Below, one piece after another: positions 42,944 to 48,572 of a DNA stretch of 48,572 nt. This stretch comes from an uncultured Planctomycetia bacterium (GTDB lineage Bacteria > Omnitrophota > Gorgyraeia > Gorgyraeales > Gorgyraeaceae), in contig CAYPYS010000001.1 of NCBI GenBank assembly GCA_964415355.1, forward strand, positions 95,161 through 143,732, written 5' to 3'. The stretch's first letter is position 1. Each line of letters starts with the position of its first letter. The notes below the pieces were generated by a model, which had not been told where the DNA came from, did no database searches, and saw only the letters and a list, made by a program, of their open reading frames with translations. A program made the position numbers and the translations under genes.

Positions 42944-43425
42944 TATTTTTTCTTAGGTGCGTATAAAGTCACGACAGCATAAGCAGCAATAGCTTCTCCT
43001 CTGCCTATTGCGCCGATACCTTCCTGTGTGGTCGCCTTTATGCTGACGCTGCACTTATCCACAGCAAGCGCTTTTGATATTTCAGCTTTCATGCTTTCCT
43101 TGAACGGCGCTATTTTAGGTTCTTCCAATATAATCACAGAGTCTGCGTATTCTACCTTGAATCCCTTCCCCTCTATTAATTCCTTCACTTTTTTTAAAAG
43201 CTCTATACTGGCAATACCTGCGTACCTGTCATCGGATACGGGAAATTGGTGGCCTATGTCATCCAACCCGGCAGCACCTAAGATCGCATCGCATACTGCA
43301 TGTATGAGCGCATCGCCGTCTGAATGCCCCTCCAGACCTTTAACATGCGGGATCTCGATCCCACCCAACATGAGAGGTTTATCCTCGACAAACCTATGTA
43401 TGTCATAACCTATTCCGATACGCAT
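42943..43425 (-). CDS. ispF: 2-C-methyl-D-erythritol 2,4-cyclodiphosphate synthase
   Basis: MRIGIGYDIHRF...HSDGD. Start moved to the ATG at 43425 (G-rich SD upstream). Confidence 0.9.
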   Translation of the reverse strand: MRIGIGYDIHRFVEDKPLMLGGIEIPHVKGLEGHSDGDALIHAVCDAILGAAGLDDIGHQFPVSDDRYAGIASIELLKKVKELIEGKGFKVEYADSVIILEEPKIAPFKESMKAEISKALAVDKCSVSIKATTQEGIGAIGRGEAIAAYAVVTLYAPKKK

Positions 43426-43455
43426 AACCACCCCCTGTATCATGCAAGAAAGCCT

Positions 43456-43492
43456 TAACTTTACATTTCAACAACGTTAAAGTGTAAAGTTA
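43456..43492 (+). repeat. Palindromic intergenic repeat R29 (A)
   Basis: Identical to R4. Contains the ispD stop. Confidence 0.95.
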
Positions 43493-44170
43493 AGCGCTGC
43501 ATAATATCTTTGCCAATGCAAGATCTTCCTGCGTCGTTATCTTTATGTTGCTATAAGACCCTAAAACAACCTTTGGTCTCACGCCGAGTCGCTCTACCAG
43601 CATAGAATCATCTGTTAAATTAGCGCTGGCTCTACCGCTTTTCTTGTAAGCCTTCTCTATCAAGCTTTTTTTAAAAACCTGAGGGGTCTGGGCCTCCCAG
43701 AAATTTCTCCTGTCCGGAGTGCAAGAAATGCGTCCGTTTTTAACTATGCGTTTCAAAGTCGGCTTAACAGGAACCGCGACAACGCTTGCTTTGAAGCGCT
43801 GTGCAGCCTTTAAAGAAGCGAGAATTACTTTATCGGTAACAAGCGGCCTTGCACAATCATGGATCAAAACATAATCAACGTCTCTAGAGACATCTCTTAA
43901 CGCATTAAAAACAGAGTCTTTTCTTTCTTTGCCTCCAGCGACTACTTTTGTTTTTTTAATCTTGAATTTAGCGACTATATCGTGTTTGACTTTATTTACG
44001 TTTTTTCTATCGACGGCGACGATTATTTCTGAGATAGACTTGTTTTTTGAGAATTTGAGTAATGTGTGGGCGATTATTGGTTTACCGCAAAGCTCGATGT
44101 AAGGCTTTTGGATCTTTGACCCTATTCTCTTCCCTCTACCCGCGGCAGGAACAATAGCTGCAACTTTCAT
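43490..44170 (-). CDS. ispD: 2-C-methyl-D-erythritol 4-phosphate cytidylyltransferase
   Basis: AIVPAAGRGKRIG...KPY and HDCARP motifs. Stop codon lies in R29. Confidence 0.9.
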   Translation of the reverse strand: MKVAAIVPAAGRGKRIGSKIQKPYIELCGKPIIAHTLLKFSKNKSISEIIVAVDRKNVNKVKHDIVAKFKIKKTKVVAGGKERKDSVFNALRDVSRDVDYVLIHDCARPLVTDKVILASLKAAQRFKASVVAVPVKPTLKRIVKNGRISCTPDRRNFWEAQTPQVFKKSLIEKAYKKSGRASANLTDDSMLVERLGVRPKVVLGSYSNIKITTQEDLALAKILCSA

Positions 44171-44186
44171 TTTATCGGCATAACGC

Positions 44187-44223
44187 TAAGTTTACACTTT
44201 AACATTGTTGAAATGTAAAGTTA
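44187..44223 (-). repeat. Palindromic intergenic repeat R30 (B, variant)
   Basis: TAAGTTTACACTTTAACATTGTTGAAATGTAAAGTTA. Contains the stop of the PIN/TRAM gene. Confidence 0.95.
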
Positions 44224-45240
44224 GCGTCGATTTCTATTTGTGTCGCCTGGTAATTTTCCGAATATCATCCTGCCCGCTGCTGTCTGAAGTACGCTGCCTA
44301 CTACTACGCGGACATTCTGGCCTATAAGCCTTCTTCCGTTATCGACCACTACCATGGTACCGTCTTCCAGGTAACCTACGCCCTGATTATACTCCTTGCC
44401 TTCCTTTATGAGCCTTATATCCAAAACCTCGCCAGGCAGAACAACAGGCCTTAGCGCATTCGCAAGCTCATTGACATTGAGCACCTTTACGCCCTGGATC
44501 TCTGCGATCTTATTGAGATTGTAATCATTCGTAAAAATCTTTGCGCTTAAGACCTTTGCCAGATTCACGAGCTTCGCATCCACCTCTTTTATTTGCGGAA
44601 AATCCTCATTATGTATCTTTACGTCTATATTAGGGTTCTTTTGCAGTTTTCCCAGGATATCCAGCCCCCGTCTTCCGCGCGCCCGCTTCAGCGAATCACT
44701 GGAATCTGCTATCTGCTGCAACTCTTTCAAAACGAAACGCGGCGCAATGAATTTGCCTTCGAGGAACCGAGTGTTGCATATATCTACTATGCGACCATCT
44801 ATGATAACACTCGTATCAAGTATGACGAATTCTTCTTTCTGGTCCTGTCGTGAAAATTTAACATAAGGTACGATGATGTTAAATTCATCTCTGCCTCGTA
44901 TCGCGACTATCATGCCTAAATAGCAAAATATAAGCGTAAGCGCAACGCGCAACGAATACAACACAGTCTCGTCTATGGGGATCAGCGATAATGTATCAGA
45001 GACTAACTTTGCCATTATAAGACCGAATATCAAACCAAATACAGCTGATGAAAGACCTCTAACAGACACCTTCCTCATGATAAACTCAAACATGATTATA
45101 AACGTAGCTGCGATAAATCCTATAAGCGCGCCAAGTGTGCTAAAATCCACGTCTCCAGTCGTCCGCACGAATGAACCTATCTGAAAACCTACTATGATGC
45201 TTAATAAAATGAAAAAAATACGGATAAATATCAGCGTCAT
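44221..45240 (-). CDS. Membrane-anchored PIN/TRAM domain protein (YacL-like)
   Basis: N-terminal TM helices, PIN ([12 protein letters not shown]) and C-terminal TRAM. Conserved position upstream of ispD. Stop codon lies in R30. Confidence 0.8.
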   Translation of the reverse strand: MTLIFIRIFFILLSIIVGFQIGSFVRTTGDVDFSTLGALIGFIAATFIIMFEFIMRKVSVRGLSSAVFGLIFGLIMAKLVSDTLSLIPIDETVLYSLRVALTLIFCYLGMIVAIRGRDEFNIIVPYVKFSRQDQKEEFVILDTSVIIDGRIVDICNTRFLEGKFIAPRFVLKELQQIADSSDSLKRARGRRGLDILGKLQKNPNIDVKIHNEDFPQIKEVDAKLVNLAKVLSAKIFTNDYNLNKIAEIQGVKVLNVNELANALRPVVLPGEVLDIRLIKEGKEYNQGVGYLEDGTMVVVDNGRRLIGQNVRVVVGSVLQTAAGRMIFGKLPGDTNRNRR

Positions 45241-45241
45241 C

Positions 45242-45273
45242 TAAGTCCCCCTTATATCATTATTGTAAAGTTA
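45242..45273. repeat. Degenerate remnant of the palindromic repeat (R31)
   Basis: TAAGTcccccttatatcattatTGTAAAGTTA. Only the outer 5 nt of one arm and 10 nt of the other are recognisable. Still provides the mlaD stop codon. Confidence 0.6.
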
Positions 45274-45999
45274 TCTCTTCTTTTTTCTCTTGCTTTCTTT
45301 TGGCCGGTAGAGAAGTTTCCATGGGTGCTTCTTAATATCCAGGATCATTTCGTCTATATCGTTGTATAGCTTGTCGTCTGTTAAAAATTTGCCTACAGTG
45401 CCTTCGCCTTTTCTGACAACAGTCATGACCTCGCTCAATTCATAGCTTAATGTCTCGAGATTCACAAGCGTATTCTTTAAAGAAGTCCTGAATTCTTCGT
45501 CACCAACGACTTTATTGATCGATTCTATCATCTTATCCACTTTTGCCAATGTCTCCCTGGTCCCCCTTGTGAGCTCTTCAGTGGAAATCGGATCCTTTCC
45601 TCTTAAGGTGTCACCCTTTTGTAAGAGACGCGCCTCTCTGGTACCCGGCACGATCTCTAGATATTTCTCGCCTAAAAGCCCCAAAGTATTTATGGTCGCG
45701 CTCGCATCATCATTGACCCACGTATTCTGTGCCACCCATACTCGCAGCCGTATCATCGGGCTATTTTCCTGCTCGTCAAAATACACCTCTATATCCTGCA
45801 CCTCTCCCACTTCTACTCCAGCGTACCTGACAGGGGCACCAACACTGATGCCATTTGCAAACTTAAAAAGCATATTCAAAACATAGCCCCGTTTGACGCT
45901 ATAGAAGTTGCCTATCGAAAATACTATAACGGATAATATCACGATCCCTATAAAGATAAATATGCCGACCTTAAGTTCAAAGCTTGATTTGGTAAACAT
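45271..45999 (-). CDS. mlaD: MlaD/MCE domain protein
   Basis: N-terminal TM plus MCE domain (GISVGAPVRYAGVEVGEV). Stop codon lies in degenerate repeat R31. Confidence 0.8.
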   Translation of the reverse strand: MFTKSSFELKVGIFIFIGIVILSVIVFSIGNFYSVKRGYVLNMLFKFANGISVGAPVRYAGVEVGEVQDIEVYFDEQENSPMIRLRVWVAQNTWVNDDASATINTLGLLGEKYLEIVPGTREARLLQKGDTLRGKDPISTEELTRGTRETLAKVDKMIESINKVVGDEEFRTSLKNTLVNLETLSYELSEVMTVVRKGEGTVGKFLTDDKLYNDIDEMILDIKKHPWKLLYRPKESKRKKKR

Positions 46000-46016
46000 T
46001 GTTTACCTCCCTCTCT

Positions 46017-46766
46017 CTATACCGTTTCAGTCATAGGTCCCTTGGCGGCACCTGTTATAAACTGTTTTACCAGCGGGTCCTTTGTATTCTTTATCTGCTT
46101 AACCGGCCCTACCTCAACAATCTTTCCGTTATAAAGCATAGCTACTCTGTCTGCCACCTTATAAGCACTCACCATGTCGTGCGTGACAACAATAGAGGTC
46201 ACCTTTAATTTTTTGTTCAGATCTATAATGAGTTCGTTTATCGCGTCCGCGCCTATAGGATCCACGCCTGTTGTAGGCTCATCGTATAAAATAATCTTTG
46301 GGTCATTACATATTGCCCTTGCCAGGCCTACGCGCTTTCTCATTCCTCCGCTCAATTCAGCAGGCATTAGTTCTTCTATGTCTTTTAGTCCTACCATTGC
46401 CAGAGACCTTGTAACCTTTTTGCGTATGTCGCTCTCCGGTGTATCAGTGTGCTCCCTTAAAGCAAAACTGACATTTTCATACACTGTCAATGAATCAAAA
46501 AGCGCGGCTCCCTGAAAAAGCATGCCGAAAGTCAGTCGCAATCTATCTAACTGCTTCTCATCCATCCTGCCGACATCTGTCCCGTCTATTATGACCTGGC
46601 CAGAGTCTGGCTTGAGAAGTCCTATGGCATGTTTTAACAAAACACTCTTGCCGCAACCCGAACGCCCAATGATGACCATGGTCTCTCCGGAATTTATGGT
46701 GAGGTTCAGGTTTTCCAGGACTCTATTGCCGCCGAACGATTTTGATAAATTTATTATCTCTATCAT
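46017..46766 (-). CDS. mlaF: ABC transporter ATP-binding protein (MlaF-like)
   Basis: Walker A GRSGCGKS, signature LSGGMRKR, Walker B ILYDEPT. Confidence 0.85.
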   Translation of the reverse strand: MIEIINLSKSFGGNRVLENLNLTINSGETMVIIGRSGCGKSVLLKHAIGLLKPDSGQVIIDGTDVGRMDEKQLDRLRLTFGMLFQGAALFDSLTVYENVSFALREHTDTPESDIRKKVTRSLAMVGLKDIEELMPAELSGGMRKRVGLARAICNDPKIILYDEPTTGVDPIGADAINELIIDLNKKLKVTSIVVTHDMVSAYKVADRVAMLYNGKIVEVGPVKQIKNTKDPLVKQFITGAAKGPMTETV

Positions 46767-46770
46767 AGTT

Positions 46771-47553
46771 TTATGGGAACATGAAATAAAACAGGGCGGT
46801 GAACAAGCAATCCGCCATAATGATTAAAATAAATGAGGTCACGACTGAAAGTGTCGTGGCCTTGCCCACGCCTTCAGCGCCCCCTTCTGTCCTGAAACCT
46901 TCATAGCACGAGACAATGCATATTATCATCGCGAATACAAAAGACTTAAAAAGTCCTGTGAATACATCCTTGAACATCAATGGATCGTATGTCATCTTTA
47001 TGTATATAGTAGAGCCTATCAGCAGTTTATATACACCTATGATATAACCTCCTATTATCCCCAGAAAATCAGCGTATATGGTTAGTATTGGCAGCATGAG
47101 ACAAAGCGCTAAAAATCTAGGCACCACCAGATACTTTACTGGATTTGCAGAGAGGGTCTCTAGGGCGTCTATCTGTTCTGTCACTTTCATCGTGCCAAGC
47201 TCAGCTGTAATACTGGCCCCTACCCTGCCAGCTACTACCAGAGCAGTCAACACAGGGCCCAGCTCTCTGACCATTGACAGTGCAACAAGGCTCGATATAT
47301 AGATCTGCGCGTTCATCTTGGTGAGCTGATAGGCACTTTGAAGCGCGAGCACCATGCCTGTAAAGAAAGAGACAAGAAAGACAATAGGAAAACTCAGCAC
47401 GCCGATCTTATACAGCTGCATTGCAAATTCTTTTCTCCTGAAAGGCGGCACGAATATATGAAAGAGGGTGCTTACAGAAAGATGAAACATCCCGCCTATA
47501 TAGGTAAAGAAGTTCAGCGACTTATTGCCTAATGACTTGATCAGTTTTTTCAT
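46771..47553 (-). CDS. mlaE: MlaE family ABC transporter permease
   Basis: 260-aa polytopic protein with MlaE-typical RELGPVLTALVVAGRVGASITAELGTMKVTEQIDAL. Confidence 0.85.
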   Translation of the reverse strand: MKKLIKSLGNKSLNFFTYIGGMFHLSVSTLFHIFVPPFRRKEFAMQLYKIGVLSFPIVFLVSFFTGMVLALQSAYQLTKMNAQIYISSLVALSMVRELGPVLTALVVAGRVGASITAELGTMKVTEQIDALETLSANPVKYLVVPRFLALCLMLPILTIYADFLGIIGGYIIGVYKLLIGSTIYIKMTYDPLMFKDVFTGLFKSFVFAMIICIVSCYEGFRTEGGAEGVGKATTLSVVTSFILIIMADCLFTALFYFMFP

Positions 47554-47573
47554 ACTAGCACCATGGTTTCTCC

Positions 47574-47610
47574 TAACTTTACACTTTAACGTTGTTGAAA
47601 TGTAAAGTTA
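47574..47610 (-). repeat. Palindromic intergenic repeat R32 (B)
   Basis: Identical to R14. The upstream gene's stop is 20 nt away, with a small GGCC..GGCC hairpin in between. Confidence 0.95.
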
Positions 47611-47630
47611 GGCCAAATTCGGCCTATTTG

Positions 47631-48572
47631 TTAAAACTTAATATTGCGCTCTAAAACAAGAAACTCTTCATTATCTCTGAGCTTCATCTTTAACTGCTCT
47701 GAGCCTATTTTGTATTCCAGGCTCATTTCTTCTGGGTTCTCCCTGTCTTCATAAGTCGTAAGCGGCTCTCTCGTCATTGTCTTAAAACCCACGCGCATAT
47801 TTTCCCCGATATCCTTCTTCATGCTTAATTCATCCGTGCCTTTTTTCGTTATATCCCAATCTCTCCACACTATTGTATTGACGTCCGAACGTATTCTCAC
47901 GCCGTCGAAAAAACCGCCTTTTGAGATCTCTCGCAAATCCACATAACCTTCCATCGTCAAGGTGCCGCTATCATGCTTGAAACTAGAATCCACTATATTT
48001 ATTATAGGTCCAAAGCCTTCCAGCTTAAGCCTTATAGTATTATACTCTATAGAACCAAAGCGCCCCCTCTTGCTTTCTATTCTACCTTCTGAAAAAATAT
48101 CACCTTCTAAATTTCCAGTGATATCAAAACCCCCGCTTACAATACCAAACACAATATCTCGACCCTTTATTTTTGAAGCTCGAGAAAGACGTCTCATGTC
48201 CAGCCTGTCTATCTCAAGGCGAAGGTTTATGTCATAAGGCGCTGTCAATGAAATCCTGCCCATCGCTTTATGCGCCCTGCCAAAAAGTAGTTTTTCTATC
48301 TCAAGTTCTCCGTCAGCAATTTTAAACAACGCCCTGAAAGGCAAAAGCGGCTCTGAATTCTGCGTAATATTCCCGGAAAAAAGTTTTCCGCTAAAGCCTG
48401 TTGGCTGTCCTTTTTCATTTCTCAAAATGCGGCCCTTTACAATAATATCGCCCGAGAATTCATTGCCCTTAAAAACCAGACCATCTATTTTTATCTTGGA
48501 AAACAAAAAATCATCGTTTAATAGATTAACGTCCAATGAGGCAAAGCTATCGATCTCTGCGTCAGGCTGTAG
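47631..48572 (-). CDS. Hypothetical protein, C-terminal part (possibly AsmA/TamB-like); ORF stays open to the right edge
   Basis: The track's TTG at 48536 is not a convincing start, because my translation stays open upstream (LQPDAEIDSFAS-LDVN...) to the window end. Repetitive beta-rich sequence next to mlaEFD. Function is a guess. Confidence 0.45.
   Translation of the reverse strand, partial: LQPDAEIDSFASLDVNLLNDDFLFSKIKIDGLVFKGNEFSGDIIVKGRILRNEKGQPTGFSGKLFSGNITQNSEPLLPFRALFKIADGELEIEKLLFGRAHKAMGRISLTAPYDINLRLEIDRLDMRRLSRASKIKGRDIVFGIVSGGFDITGNLEGDIFSEGRIESKRGRFGSIEYNTIRLKLEGFGPIINIVDSSFKHDSGTLTMEGYVDLREISKGGFFDGVRIRSDVNTIVWRDWDITKKGTDELSMKKDIGENMRVGFKTMTREPLTTYEDRENPEEMSLEYKIGSEQLKMKLRDNEEFLVLERNIKF

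Noticed and set aside
294-47611. Could the 37-nt repeats be a CRISPR array?
   Set aside because: The spacing equals gene lengths (0.4-3 kb) and is irregular. The intervening sequence is ordinary coding DNA. Copies occur in both orientations and no cas genes are present.
294-47611. Could the repeats be integron attC sites, so that each gene is a cassette? Several ends do resemble the inverse core RYYYAAC (GCCTAAC) and the core GTTRRRY (GTTAGGC, GTTAAGC).
   Set aside because: The element is shorter than the attC sites I know of (roughly 57 nt and up). Its polarity is mixed among co-directional genes, whereas attC polarity is uniform in an array. The genes are essential housekeeping genes in conserved synteny. 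No intI-like integrase or attI is visible. I keep it only as a formal resemblance.
294-47611. Repeats as canonical Rho-independent terminators
   Set aside because: None of the copies I checked is followed by a U tract in the direction of the upstream gene (for example R4 is followed by GGGUAGGAGG). Many lie 8-16 nt from the next start codon inside apparent operons. A non-canonical termination or processing role is still possible.
1-48572. Transposases, integrases, prophage genes, restriction-modification or other recognisable defence systems, rRNA and tRNA genes
   Set aside because: None found on either strand. Every ORF of credible length is accounted for by the features listed, so the repeat family has no visible autonomous partner in this window.

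Overview
The window is a gene-dense, moderately AT-rich chromosomal segment from a diderm bacterium (Mla lipid-transport genes, a TolC-like protein, an RND pump, prepilin-type proteins). I cannot place the lineage. About 50 CDS are supported and most are on the minus strand. They include a housekeeping run (mlaEFD, PIN/TRAM protein, ispD, ispF, cysS, tmk, holB, PSP1 protein, metG, cysteine desulfurase, tatD, mtnA, thiL, tsaE, tsaB, alr, greA, ilvD-ilvB-ilvN-ilvC-leuA, aroE, pilD, aroC). There is also a plus-strand pseudopilin operon, a marR/tolC-like/RND efflux operon, and an arsM/glycosyltransferase/radical-SAM cluster of the arsenosugar type at the left edge. No rRNA, tRNA, CRISPR array, transposase or prophage gene was seen. 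The dominant unexplained signal is a 37-39 nt imperfect palindrome, consensus (C)TAACTTTACATTTCAACAACGTTAAAGTGTAAAGTTA(G). It occurs 32 times, in both orientations, at almost every gene boundary. In 22 copies the stop codon of the upstream gene lies inside the repeat, and the repeat carries stop codons in all six frames. In 16 junctions the next start codon is only 8-16 nt past the distal arm. I do not recognise it as any named repeat family. The second notable region, 5.7-9.7 kb, is the main stretch whose long spacers lack the repeat. It holds a GEMM-I (c-di-GMP-I) riboswitch upstream of one of two paralogous small secreted proteins of unknown family, a secreted SNase-type nuclease and a PilZ fusion protein. 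Several near-consensus sigma70 promoters sit only 7-12 nt from the start codon, which implies leaderless or near-leaderless mRNAs. Every call rests on reading the sequence and on motif recognition from memory. No searches were run.
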